Virus record (IMG/VR): IMGVR_UViG_3300020442_002364
Span: 1 to 64,000 of that record
From: a virus
Reading direction: 5' to 3' (one strand)
DNA length: 64,000 nucleotides
Below are positions 1-9,784 of this stretch, piece by piece. The position numbers and the translations under genes were made by a program. Below the pieces are notes generated by a model. The model was not told the DNA's origin. It saw only the letters and a program-made list of their open reading frames with translations, and made no database searches. Each line of letters opens with the position of its first letter. The stretch's first letter is position 1.

Positions 1-548
1 TTGACAGTATATCCAGTATCGATGAGATCTTCATCACCCTCAAAGATATCTCCCTGCTCATCTTGATATTCAAAGAGTTCGCATTGTAGTTTGAATATGT
101 AACCCTTTCCTAACTGATAGAATGGTTCTTCATGTTCTACAAACTTGATCTCAAAATAGTTACTGCTAAGTGGGAAGTAAATGAGATCCCCTTCTTGAGG
201 TCTCTCTCCTACTTCTACATCTTTATCCAAGAGTAAGAACTGAGAAATTAAATCTGAAAATCTTTGCTGTGAGATCACCATTGTAATCTCATCTGTCTGT
301 CTGATTCCAAACTTAGTCAGTAAGTCACCGCCACCTTGAAATCCTTCATTGTTCTCTAGGTATGCTTCAATAACATATGAATCGTCAAACTCAGAAATAA
401 TTTCCTCATTGAACACGCCATCCTTTCTAATAAGTTGCCTGGGAATGTATAGAATATCCATTCCAAACATCTTAAGATACTCCTCCACAAGGTTCTGCTG
501 AAGGAATTGTTCGTTGCGAGTGCCGTGTGTGAAGAATACGTTTCTCAT
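1..548 (-). CDS. gp14: Neck protein gp14 (N-terminal part; continues past window start)
   Basis: Manual translation from ATG at 548: MRNVFFTHGTRNEQFLQQNLVEEYLKMFGMDILYIPR...LLTKFGIRQTDEITMVIS...RPQEGDLIYFPL...FEIKFVEHEEPFYQLGK...CELFEY, typical T4-like gp14; ATGA overlap with the gp13 stop. Confidence 0.92.
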   Translation of the reverse strand, partial: MRNVFFTHGTRNEQFLQQNLVEEYLKMFGMDILYIPRQLIRKDGVFNEEIISEFDDSYVIEAYLENNEGFQGGGDLLTKFGIRQTDEITMVISQQRFSDLISQFLLLDKDVEVGERPQEGDLIYFPLSSNYFEIKFVEHEEPFYQLGKGYIFKLQCELFEYQDEQGDIFEGDEDLIDTGYTV

Positions 549-1360
549 CCGATCATATCCATTGGTGGGAATTCATGACTAGAAAGCATTTCGTCCTCAA
601 GTTTCTGGACTGCTTCTTTGCCCTCATTGTAAATAAATTCACCATTCATAGTGATGCCACCAGGTAACTGTGCTCCCTGGAACTTAATTAAGTTGGCACC
701 CCATTGTCTACGAATCAATGCAGTAAGATAACGCTTGACCCAAAGATCATTGTATACTGCAGCAAAGTCAGACGGATCAACTGCACGATAACAATCGAGA
801 ACTAAGAAGTCTCCATCTGCAACATCTTCTTTAAAGTCGATGTCAAGATATAAACGGTCACCACGCATTTGATATCTAACCTGCTTCTGACCCTCAAGTA
901 AGAAATAGATATCTTCTAATCTACGATTGACCATCTCGTATGTCAGGATCTCTGTGTTTGTAAGATCCCAAAGATCATTCAGTCTCCACTGATAGCGAAC
1001 GTCAAACAAGTTAGTGACGTTCTTAGAAACAAAATCAAATACTTTGACTACACCTGTAATATAGTCTGGAAGTTGGATATAGTTATTTTGAGTTTTGTAT
1101 GTGATACTAGTGCCCGCTGAAGTTGCATTAGTAACAGTTGTGTCGGTGTCCGTAGTCATAGCGTCGATGACAACCTGAGACATAGGAACTTTTAGGAAGG
1201 TTCTAATATAACCATCCATGTGACGCTCATTATAATATTGAATAGCATCATCGACCAGATCAGAAATCTGATCATCGTCAACGTTGATCTCTAATACTGG
1301 GGCACCGAGCTGACGCAAAGCGTAGTCGATAAGTTCTTGTCTTGTGCTAGGTTGTGACAT
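545..1360 (-). CDS. gp13: Neck protein gp13
   Basis: LIDYALRQLGAPVLEINVDDDQI...WGANLIKFQGAQLPGGITMNG motifs of T4-like gp13; adjacent to gp14. Confidence 0.95.
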   Translation of the reverse strand: MSQPSTRQELIDYALRQLGAPVLEINVDDDQISDLVDDAIQYYNERHMDGYIRTFLKVPMSQVVIDAMTTDTDTTVTNATSAGTSITYKTQNNYIQLPDYITGVVKVFDFVSKNVTNLFDVRYQWRLNDLWDLTNTEILTYEMVNRRLEDIYFLLEGQKQVRYQMRGDRLYLDIDFKEDVADGDFLVLDCYRAVDPSDFAAVYNDLWVKRYLTALIRRQWGANLIKFQGAQLPGGITMNGEFIYNEGKEAVQKLEDEMLSSHEFPPMDMIG

Positions 1361-1362
1361 GA

Positions 1363-4300
1363 TTATAATGGATTGACGTTGAATCGGATACGTACATAAT
1401 ATGTAGTGTTGGGATCAAGTGTTACGTCCTGGGGTAAGACGTATGATGTTAAGTTTGCAGTGTTTCCAAGAGATTGGTGAACAATAGTAGTGAAATTAGA
1501 ATCACCAGAGAACTGCCAATCACTAGAGGTATGCTGATATCCAGCGATAAACTCAGATGCGTTAATAGAAATTGTTGGATTGAAGGATGATGTAATTGTT
1601 TGAATCTCTGGTTGATCGACAAATGGAGTTGTGAAAGTTGTATTGGCAGTGTACGAACTTTCTAATCCATTATTATCTCTGTATTTCACCTGAACGTTGT
1701 ATGATGTATTAAAAGCGAGAGTGCCTGCAGGTACAGTGAAAGATGTTAGATTTCCAGTATCTCCATTCGTAAAAGTATTTGTGGTATCGTATACAGTTAC
1801 GTTATCAGACACTCTTCTAATTCTCCAGAAAGTAGAGAAGTGTGTGGATCCAGTGTACTGGGAAACAAAAGCAGCAGAGGTAATAGTTGGAACTCTGTCT
1901 AAAGTTTTGTTTGTGTCTGGGTCAGTATTTACAGTGACCGATGTTGGAGCACTTACAAACTCAGACTCATTAACAGTCAAAGTAACAGTGTTACTGGTTA
2001 CTGTTGTTGCAGCAACGTTAGTTAGAGTACAACGATACTTATGAGATGGAGTTGTAGGATAAACTGTAACAGGAGTGGTATATGATGGTGAGTTAGCACC
2101 ATTTACAGGTGAGAAAGTGTTTCCGTCATCTATGGATAGATTCCACTGATACGAGACCACATCGCTAGTAATAGATGCAGCGATAGTAAATGTTCCCTGA
2201 GCACCTTCAATAACTCCAAGGTCAGCAGGTTGTTGTGTAATTGTAATTACTCTGAGTACAGTTAAAACTGCAAATGTGCTTGTCGAACTTGCAGCAGATC
2301 CAACCAAACTTACAACACAACGATATCTGTCATCATTATCATCAGCATAAACTAAAGTTGGGGTGATATATGTAGCTGATGTTGCTCCACTAACAGGACT
2401 ATAGTTTGCTCCACCATCGTCAGATCTTTCCCATTGATATGTTGGTGTTCCGCTACTTGCGTTAACCGTAACTGCTAAAGATGCTGTACTACCTTCATTA
2501 CCAGTTGTATTCGCTGGTTGTGCAGTAATAGTAAATGTTCTTTGAACTGTAAGAGTTACTGTATTTGAGTAAACTGGGGCAGAAGCTCCAGGTGCATTGA
2601 CTTCACATCTATACTGATCGTTATTGTCATTTGCATACACTAAACTTGGAGTTGTATATACGGATGATGTTGCTCCAGATACACCACTCCAACTATTACC
2701 ACCATCATCAGATTTCTGCCACTGATAAGTAACTGCTGGTTCATGCTGGGATTGTAATTGTACACTTCCTCCTCCACCTCCAGTTGGAGTTGTGAAAGAT
2801 TCTGTATCAAAGGACGAAGATGCTGCATTAGCACCAATCTGCCCCATAGTTACATCACCGACACAGGTAAATGATGCTGTTGCATTTTCATCAGCAGTAG
2901 CATCTGTAGGTTGTGTCGTAACTGTTGGTGTTACTGTCTCTACCTGTAGAGTTGCTGAACCACTAATTACTTGGGTTGCTTGAGGAGCATTTAAAACACA
3001 ACGATAACGATGCTCATCGTAAGTAGAATCTAGAATTGGAGTCGTATAAGTTGCTGCAGTTGCACCACTACCACCAACTACGTTTGACCAATTTGCTCCA
3101 CTATCAATAGAGAACTGCCACTGATAAGTAATATCTGCTGCGTCATTGTCAGAAGTGTCAGCAGTTACAGTAAACTGGGAGGTCCCTCCTACAGCACCAG
3201 TGATATCTACTGGTTGTCCAGTGATATTAATTGTTCTTGTGAGGAATAGTCTAGCAGCGTTACTTGTCACTGCTGACAGAGATCCAGCAGCATCGCAAAC
3301 TACTCTAAAATATCTTCCGTAATCGGAATCATATGAAGTGGTTGCAAGTGTATATGCAGCGCTAGTAGCACCATTTATGTTTGAATATGTAACACCATCA
3401 TCAGATCTTTCCCATTGATAAGTAATTGTGGCACCATCAAGAGTGGATGCAGCAGAAGTAAAGGTTGCTGAAGCTGGTGCTACTGGTGTTTGATCTAATG
3501 GTTGAGTTCCAATAGTAACAACACGATAAACTGTTAGTGTTGCTGCATTACTAGTTGTTGGAGTGACTGCAGTTGAACTATCAAGTACACAGCGATATTG
3601 ATAGGAATTGTAATTGTAATCATCATCAACAGTTAGAGTTGATGTAGTTTCTCCACTGTGACCAGCGAGAGATGAAATGGTGGAGAAGTTGTTTCCTCCA
3701 TCTGTAGAGTATTCCCACTGGAATGTTACTGTAGATGCATCTGAGGCAGTACCAGCAACAGTAAACGTTGCATTAGTTCCTGCAGATGCTTCTACTGATG
3801 CGTTAGATGGTTGTTGTGTAATCGTAACTTGAACACCAGTACCAGTAGTAACAAAACTAAAGTTCCTAGTTTGACCAGAGTTGAGGTGTGTTACTATAAG
3901 ATTATATGTTGTATCATTAAAGGATGATGTAACTGTACCACCAAGAATGCCTGTCGTTGTTGTGAAAGTAAGTCCAGATCCAGTTAAAGCTGGTGTTGAT
4001 TGGATTGAATAATTTCCTTCTGAAATTGGTTCATTTGCCCATGTAGTATATGCAGACAAACCAAGATCAATACCAGATACGACTGCATTATTAGCAAATG
4101 GACTTGCCGATAGAGCACCTGAGTTGTTGACCCAAGTTACAACTTGATCAACATAAGGATATACAAGTCCTCTCGTCGTAGTTCCAACTCCGTTTGGATC
4201 ATAGTCAACACCAGATTGCACTGGTCTACCAGTTCCAATACTAGTTGAGGTGCTTACTGTATTGACAGTGATGGCACCAATCATTCCACCGTGAGACTGG

Positions 4301-6768
4301 CATTGATAAACAAATGAACCTGCTGTATTTGGTGTCCAAGATACTGTGTTATTGCCTGTAGAACCCTGACCAGTGGCAGCAGGAGTGGATACATCAGCAC
4401 CACCAGAACTAACTCTTATGCGGAATGGGTGAGAAGCAGCAACGTTTGAAAGGTTGAAATTAATTGTGTCTCCTACAGAAATAGTAACAGGTTGATTATC
4501 ACCACTTACAGATCCAAGTCTGTCAGTTCCACTTAGAGTGTAACGTGAAGCATCTGGAGCAGTTACAGTAATGTTATATGTTTGTACACCGCTATATGCT
4601 TCCTGAGTATCTGTCTGAGTGAACAATGTAGTATTGCTATAGATAGGACCATCAGTTTCTTCGTGGGTGTCACTGATGATTCCCATGCTGCCACCACCAC
4701 CAGTAGTAGTTAGAGTAGCAGATTGAGCTAATGCAATTGTAATTTTATAATTTGCAGCATCCTCACTGACGATTGTAAACCAAGATGTAATAGATTCTGC
4801 ATAGATATCAAGATTACCTACTACAGTTGGATTTGGAACATTTAATTGTACTTTTTTACCAACCTTGTTCGCAAAATAAGTAGCATCTTGTGATGCATAT
4901 GTAACTTCAACTTGACTTGATCCGTTTGTTACAGCAAAAGGATTAACACCTAGAGGTCTCTCTATCATCGTATCGGTCGGATACGCTGTATTACCAGAAC
5001 CAGTTTGAGAGAATACAGAGATGTCAGATCTGACCCATGTCTTTGCTAAACCTGGAAGATTGCTCGTGGTATAATCATAAGAATTTTTTTGTACCCAAGA
5101 TAAAACTGCTCCAGCAACAATAGGTCCAGAGAACGATGTACCATTGATCGTGGAATAATTATTGGTGTTGGAATACGTGGTATTAGCAGTCCAATCATAA
5201 CTAGGAACAAGGACTCTAGTTCCAGGTGCTACTGTGGTTACACCTAAACCATAGTTAGAGAAGTCTGCCCAGGTATCATTATACTCTGTTGCACCAACAG
5301 AAATTTTATCAGTATCAGAATCAAATGCGTTGAATACAGAATCAAGGTATCCTGCAGTCCTGTTTCCTCCAACAAATTTTCCTTGCAGAGGTCCAGCAAA
5401 ATTATCAGATGAATCTCTGAATCCGTTACCTGCAGACCTAACTATGATAATATTGTTCTGTGCAACTGTTTTTTCAATTTCATCTAATACTTCTAATTCA
5501 ACTCCAGCATCCGTTCCGCTCTCATTTAGTTCAATAAACGGATATCCTCCGTTTGGAGTTGTTGGTCCAAAAGATGCATTGATCACTGCAGCTCTAGTGT
5601 TTCCTTTGTAGTTGGCATCGGTGCTGTCATTGTGATCTATGACTGCTTGATATGCAGTCACAATCCCAGAATAGGATGCTGATAAGGATGAGTTGAATGC
5701 TTTTAGTGAATAAATTCTAGACTTATTAGAGACTCCTGCAGTTCTTCCTGCAGCTAAGATAGCGCAATATGTACCGTGACCATTGTCATCCTCATTATTA
5801 GTTCCATATGCACCACTGTAGTGGGACATTTGGAATACTCTATATTGTTGTTGCTCAGAAAGACCGTTTAAGTCAGTTACGAAATCTGGATTGTAAAGTT
5901 CTGGGTGAAGTGCGGCATTATTTCCAGTTGGTCTAGATGAACCACGAACACCAGAGTCAATGACGTACAGATCAACACCGTCACCATCTTGAGTGTAACT
6001 GTATTGAGCGTTCATATATGAACGATCGATCTTACTAATCCTATCTAAGTGCCAGAAGTCATGGAGGTTGATAGTTCCATATCTATCTGGAGATACAGCA
6101 TATCTACCCATTCCAGAGTGCGCTGTACAGTAATAGAATAAGATTGCAGGAGTCCCAGAAGTGGTTGCAAGTCTAGTGTATGCACCAGCTTGTCCTGGTG
6201 TGCCATTTACAGTTACACCAGTATTGTATTCCGATCCACCACCCCAGGTTCCGTTGGCGGTTAGAGAAAATCTGAATGGATGACCAGCGTTAGAGATGTC
6301 AGACTGATCAAATGTAAACGTTCCGCCCTGTAAGAAACCAGTATAGTTAGGAATTACATTATACGTACCTGACTGACTATTTGAAAATACGTATAAGTTT
6401 TGACCACTAATGTTTTGTACCTTTACGTAGATTGTACTGAATCCAGTAGAGGTAAGATTTCTAGTTCCAGTGGAGGCATCTCCAGATGCTTGGTGTTGGG
6501 ATCCCTCTTCATATTCAACTGAAGTTGAAGCTATCTCAACGGGATCGCAAGCAAATTTCTCTGCATCCCAAAAAGCACTCTTAACTCCTTCCACACCACG
6601 AATGTCCCCGAGAGCGTTATCTTCGTTCTCCTCAGGTACATCTACAGTCAGAATGCCAAAGCTTCTAAATTTATCTACAAACGTTAAGTAACTATGTTGC
6701 CCCAGGATAGAGTCTTTGACTGCTTCTAACTGAGAATTATTAGTTACCTTGACTACTACCCTTTTCAT
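1363..6768 (-). CDS. Large virion-type protein: propeptide-like N-terminus, cupredoxin-like domain, S8 subtilase domain, second cupredoxin-like domain, six Ig-like repeats, two FN3-like repeats
   Basis: Subtilase motifs VIDSG (D271), NGHGT (H331), SAGNG (N448), GTSFS (S545); HPF...YCTAHSGMG and HPF...YQCQSHGGMIG; six ITxQP...YQW..S.D.G..YRC repeats; own late promoter. Confidence 0.85.
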   Translation of the reverse strand: MKRVVVKVTNNSQLEAVKDSILGQHSYLTFVDKFRSFGILTVDVPEENEDNALGDIRGVEGVKSAFWDAEKFACDPVEIASTSVEYEEGSQHQASGDASTGTRNLTSTGFSTIYVKVQNISGQNLYVFSNSQSGTYNVIPNYTGFLQGGTFTFDQSDISNAGHPFRFSLTANGTWGGGSEYNTGVTVNGTPGQAGAYTRLATTSGTPAILFYYCTAHSGMGRYAVSPDRYGTINLHDFWHLDRISKIDRSYMNAQYSYTQDGDGVDLYVIDSGVRGSSRPTGNNAALHPELYNPDFVTDLNGLSEQQQYRVFQMSHYSGAYGTNNEDDNGHGTYCAILAAGRTAGVSNKSRIYSLKAFNSSLSASYSGIVTAYQAVIDHNDSTDANYKGNTRAAVINASFGPTTPNGGYPFIELNESGTDAGVELEVLDEIEKTVAQNNIIIVRSAGNGFRDSSDNFAGPLQGKFVGGNRTAGYLDSVFNAFDSDTDKISVGATEYNDTWADFSNYGLGVTTVAPGTRVLVPSYDWTANTTYSNTNNYSTINGTSFSGPIVAGAVLSWVQKNSYDYTTSNLPGLAKTWVRSDISVFSQTGSGNTAYPTDTMIERPLGVNPFAVTNGSSQVEVTYASQDATYFANKVGKKVQLNVPNPTVVGNLDIYAESITSWFTIVSEDAANYKITIALAQSATLTTTGGGGSMGIISDTHEETDGPIYSNTTLFTQTDTQEAYSGVQTYNITVTAPDASRYTLSGTDRLGSVSGDNQPVTISVGDTINFNLSNVAASHPFRIRVSSGGADVSTPAATGQGSTGNNTVSWTPNTAGSFVYQCQSHGGMIGAITVNTVSTSTSIGTGRPVQSGVDYDPNGVGTTTRGLVYPYVDQVVTWVNNSGALSASPFANNAVVSGIDLGLSAYTTWANEPISEGNYSIQSTPALTGSGLTFTTTTGILGGTVTSSFNDTTYNLIVTHLNSGQTRNFSFVTTGTGVQVTITQQPSNASVEASAGTNATFTVAGTASDASTVTFQWEYSTDGGNNFSTISSLAGHSGETTSTLTVDDDYNYNSYQYRCVLDSSTAVTPTTSNAATLTVYRVVTIGTQPLDQTPVAPASATFTSAASTLDGATITYQWERSDDGVTYSNINGATSAAYTLATTSYDSDYGRYFRVVCDAAGSLSAVTSNAARLFLTRTINITGQPVDITGAVGGTSQFTVTADTSDNDAADITYQWQFSIDSGANWSNVVGGSGATAATYTTPILDSTYDEHRYRCVLNAPQATQVISGSATLQVETVTPTVTTQPTDATADENATASFTCVGDVTMGQIGANAASSSFDTESFTTPTGGGGGSVQLQSQHEPAVTYQWQKSDDGGNSWSGVSGATSSVYTTPSLVYANDNNDQYRCEVNAPGASAPVYSNTVTLTVQRTFTITAQPANTTGNEGSTASLAVTVNASSGTPTYQWERSDDGGANYSPVSGATSATYITPTLVYADDNDDRYRCVVSLVGSAASSTSTFAVLTVLRVITITQQPADLGVIEGAQGTFTIAASITSDVVSYQWNLSIDDGNTFSPVNGANSPSYTTPVTVYPTTPSHKYRCTLTNVAATTVTSNTVTLTVNESEFVSAPTSVTVNTDPDTNKTLDRVPTITSAAFVSQYTGSTHFSTFWRIRRVSDNVTVYDTTNTFTNGDTGNLTSFTVPAGTLAFNTSYNVQVKYRDNNGLESSYTANTTFTTPFVDQPEIQTITSSFNPTISINASEFIAGYQHTSSDWQFSGDSNFTTIVHQSLGNTANLTSYVLPQDVTLDPNTTYYVRIRFNVNPL

Positions 6769-6783
6769 TCGGTAAGCACAAAA

Positions 6784-6814
6784 AAGTCCTCTTTTGTATT
6801 TATACAGAGGACTT
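6784..6814 (-). terminator. Hairpin followed by U-tract (probable intrinsic terminator) enclosing a late promoter
   Basis: Minus strand AAGTCCTCT-GTATAAATACAAA-AGAGGACTT-TTTT; perfect 9-bp inverted repeat. Confidence 0.7.
6797..6804 (-). promoter_or_regulatory. T4-type late promoter TATAAATA
   Basis: Exact consensus in the intergenic gap upstream of the 1801-aa gene. Confidence 0.85.
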
Positions 6815-6818
6815 ATAG

Positions 6819-7133
6819 TTAATTCATTAGGTGGGGTAATTCAAAATTCTTTGGAACTGCCCCAGTTGGTTTTTCTAATGGTTTTGTGGTTTTTAGATCA
6901 TGCTTAGAATCAAAGGTGAATCTAGTTTTTACATGAGTTCGATCAGAATCAACTAGGAGATCGTAGTAATGACCATAACCAGTTTTGGTAAATGCAATTC
7001 CATAGATCGGTCTTCCTTGATATAAATCTCCAACCTTGTATGGAATCGTTTCCATCGTCCCATCAAAGTCAACGATATTAATAGTTGACTCTAGATGTTC
7101 TTTCTGTCTTAGTTCACTTGACTTCTTCAGCAT
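6819..7133 (-). CDS. Hypothetical protein
   Basis: 104-aa ORF co-oriented with neighbours, overlapping the upstream ORF. Confidence 0.65.
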   Translation of the reverse strand: MLKKSSELRQKEHLESTINIVDFDGTMETIPYKVGDLYQGRPIYGIAFTKTGYGHYYDLLVDSDRTHVKTRFTFDSKHDLKTTKPLEKPTGAVPKNFELPHLMN

Positions 7134-7299
7134 TGCTCTCTTCTGCAGACTTGAGTGTCATATTCAGAGCTTCAATTGCACCTTCCAAACGGAGAGTTTG
7201 TTCTTTCCTAACTTTCAGTTGAGTTTCCATTTCGGAGATAGTTGCCTTTTGCTCTTTCAGTTGTTCGGTGAAATCCTTCACCATTTCTTCTGTAGTCAT
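7114..7299 (-). CDS. Small coiled-coil hypothetical protein
   Basis: Heptad-rich, LRLEGAIEALN; 2-nt gap from the upstream oxygenase. Confidence 0.7.
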   Translation of the reverse strand: MTTEEMVKDFTEQLKEQKATISEMETQLKVRKEQTLRLEGAIEALNMTLKSAEESNAEEVK

Positions 7300-7301
7300 G
7301 A

Positions 7302-7958
7302 TTAATAAGAAAAATTGCGAATTAAACGATCTTGAACCTCTTGGAGATTCATAATTAAGTGTTCGTCCTTATATTTATCTAGGATATAAGAACATGATTC
7401 TGTAATGCTACTAATGCATTCCCTTACAGGTTCATTAATGACTTTACTTTCCATCCACCATACGGCACCTAACCTTTCACCTTCGGTGACTGGCATTACC
7501 TCATGGCGTACACCAGAAGGATAGCATATAAACTGTCCAAATTGAAGCTTAACTGGAATGAAGTCAACAGCATTGACATAGATCCTCAACTCTCCACCCT
7601 CATATTCATCTGGGTCAGAGAGAAATAATGTATGACTATAGTGAGTGAGGATCTGGTGTTCACCTCCCATCAAAGAAGAATCATTATGTCTGAAATAATG
7701 ATCTCCAACTCCATACTTATTAAAAGTAACAGGAGTTAATCTTCTAGGAACGACTTTGTTTACATACGATCCAATCTTATAGATTCCTTGATGAATCTGT
7801 GCGCTGAGTGCTTGATCGTATGCTTGTTTATTTACCTTGACAGGATTGTTTGGATTACTTCTAGCACCATCAGACCACTCTAAATTTTGAATTAGAGATT
7901 TGATAGTTTTAAGTTCTTCAATGTCAGGGTACTCATAGATATCGAATAATGAATGCAT
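7302..7958 (-). CDS. 2OG-Fe(II) oxygenase, PKHD/PiuC(YbiX)-like
   Basis: HND, TLFLSDPDEYEGGEL, YPS..HEVMPVTEGER..AVWW motifs. Confidence 0.88.
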   Translation of the reverse strand: MHSLFDIYEYPDIEELKTIKSLIQNLEWSDGARSNPNNPVKVNKQAYDQALSAQIHQGIYKIGSYVNKVVPRRLTPVTFNKYGVGDHYFRHNDSSLMGGEHQILTHYSHTLFLSDPDEYEGGELRIYVNAVDFIPVKLQFGQFICYPSGVRHEVMPVTEGERLGAVWWMESKVINEPVRECISSITESCSYILDKYKDEHLIMNLQEVQDRLIRNFSY

Positions 7959-7964
7959 AATTTT

Positions 7965-8930
7965 TTAACCGTAACCAAATTGACTTCTTTCTGCGTCGTA
8001 ATTTCTTCTAATCTCTCCACTGCTTAACTTCCTATTATAAAGTCTCCACTTGTAGAGAGTGTTGTTTCCTGGGTTTCCTCTGGAACCCGTTCCATCGCTT
8101 CTAGCGTTAAACTTCGGATAACTGTTTCCGTTTGTATTCAGGACACCACCATTGGGGTAATTATATACTTGAATTAAACCACCGTTCAACCAAGTATAAA
8201 CTGCATTTCCATCATACGCTAATGCAACGTGTTGTGGAACGCTTTGAGCAAATCTTCCACCACTATCCTGCCAGAACCAACTTCGGTTGTTAGCGTACAC
8301 CGCCCACTGGCAGACACCGCTATCAGATCTCATTTCCCAACAGTTTTCTTTGTTGAAAAGAATATCCTCACCACCTTGGTTAGATCTCCACTGGAACCAA
8401 ACCTCACAAGTAAAATATGTCAGGTTTGTTGTCTGAGGCATGTAGCAGTGAGAACTTCCTGTAAATTGAAGACCACCGCCAAAATCACCACTATACGAAG
8501 GGGATCCGCTATTTGTAAATGATCCGTATCCACTACCAGAAACTAGGTTGTTGAGACTGCTGCCTCCAGTATAGGAAGATGGATTTGATACATCGTAATA
8601 TGCAATCAAACCATCTGTAGTATACCCACCGCCAGAAGCTAGTGCCTGCCAGAATGTTCCTGTGTAGATTTCAATCTGACCAAGTTCAGTGTTCCTTCGG
8701 ATAGTTCCAGCATATTGAGATCCCGTCCCTGGTCTTTGAGCGGTTGTTCCTGCAGGGAGTTTTAATCCGTCAGTAACTCCACCAAAATCAGCTCCTACGA
8801 CTGGGGATCCTACGTTAACACCAATTCTATTATTGCTGGTATCTACATTCAGAACGTTATTGTCAACAGAAATATTTCCGCTGCCGCTGAGCGCACTGAC
8901 GTTAATACTGCCTACGTTTAATGATGACAT
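7965..8930 (-). CDS. Fibre-tip/adhesin-like protein with C-terminal LamG/ConA-like domain
   Basis: PAGTTAQRP..G.IRRNT fibre motif; GLIAYYDVSNPSSY...FTCEVW...LYNRKLSSGEIRRNY LamG-like domain. Confidence 0.75.
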   Translation of the reverse strand: MSSLNVGSINVSALSGSGNISVDNNVLNVDTSNNRIGVNVGSPVVGADFGGVTDGLKLPAGTTAQRPGTGSQYAGTIRRNTELGQIEIYTGTFWQALASGGGYTTDGLIAYYDVSNPSSYTGGSSLNNLVSGSGYGSFTNSGSPSYSGDFGGGLQFTGSSHCYMPQTTNLTYFTCEVWFQWRSNQGGEDILFNKENCWEMRSDSGVCQWAVYANNRSWFWQDSGGRFAQSVPQHVALAYDGNAVYTWLNGGLIQVYNYPNGGVLNTNGNSYPKFNARSDGTGSRGNPGNNTLYKWRLYNRKLSSGEIRRNYDAERSQFGYG

Positions 8931-8940
8931 TTCGGTCAGG

Positions 8941-8964
8941 TATTTAGTCTTCTAAGTTATTTAT
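8941..8964 (-). promoter_or_regulatory. Two tandem late-promoter-like TAAATA motifs
   Basis: ATAAATA (8958-8964) and CTAAATA (8941-8947) in the intergenic gap. Confidence 0.6.
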
Positions 8965-9164
8965 CAAAGAGCATCGAGCAGATTTCCTTCGATGTCATAG
9001 TCCCAACGCCCAGAGTTGGTACATACAAAATATCCAACAGGATTCTGATTTCCGTTTGGTGGATAATTCCATCCATAAGCAAGAATTTTTTCGTTATTTG
9101 CAAATGGTTCACCATCTTCACCTAGAAAAACTGCTAGATGTTCAGTTAAATTAGATACAATCAT
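8964..9164 (-). CDS. Hypothetical protein
   Basis: 66-aa ORF with ATGA overlap to the upstream oxygenase. Confidence 0.6.
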   Translation of the reverse strand: MIVSNLTEHLAVFLGEDGEPFANNEKILAYGWNYPPNGNQNPVGYFVCTNSGRWDYDIEGNLLDAL

Positions 9165-9766
9165 AGTTCTAAGTAAGTTAAGGATGTTTCATCACCAACT
9201 ATTCCTTTGATCCAAACATTAAAAGAGATTGATAGTCTGATACCATCAGTCTCGTTTGGTAAAGTATCGTGCTTTAAGTGACTTGGGAAAAGAAAGAGAT
9301 CTCCGCCCATAGGTTTTTGAATACTATTGGGAACGTTTAAAATATTTACCTTCTTAACATTTGGACGAATGGTTGAATTAATAGTGTCATAGAATCTTAA
9401 TGGAGCATAGTCCATCTCTCCTGGGTAATATACCCCAGAGATGAAAGAGTTACTATGATAATGAGTCCTTACATAAGAGGTAGGTTTTACTCCAACTCCC
9501 CACATAGTTACCATATATGGTTCAATATCTTTGAATTCATATACGTCGTTAACCATGTAACGAACACAATGCATAATATCATCCTGCAATTTATCAAAAG
9601 CAGGATCTTTATTTAAGTCTTTGATGAAGTAATTATCTTCCATTGCGAGATAATTTTCTTCATTGCATCTTTCTTCAAGAATTTCTGTCCATTTTTCATG
9701 TTCAGTCTCTAAGGAAAACTTGACTAATGGTTTTGCAAAGAGAGGTACGATTTCATTGAGATACAT
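9161..9766 (-). CDS. Putative 2OG-Fe(II) oxygenase (TIGR02466-like)
   Basis: HYHSNSFISGVYY, GDLFLFPSHLKH, RLSISFN motifs. Confidence 0.88.
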   Translation of the reverse strand: MYLNEIVPLFAKPLVKFSLETEHEKWTEILEERCNEENYLAMEDNYFIKDLNKDPAFDKLQDDIMHCVRYMVNDVYEFKDIEPYMVTMWGVGVKPTSYVRTHYHSNSFISGVYYPGEMDYAPLRFYDTINSTIRPNVKKVNILNVPNSIQKPMGGDLFLFPSHLKHDTLPNETDGIRLSISFNVWIKGIVGDETSLTYLEL

Positions 9767-9784
9767 AAAAAAGCATCACTAAGT

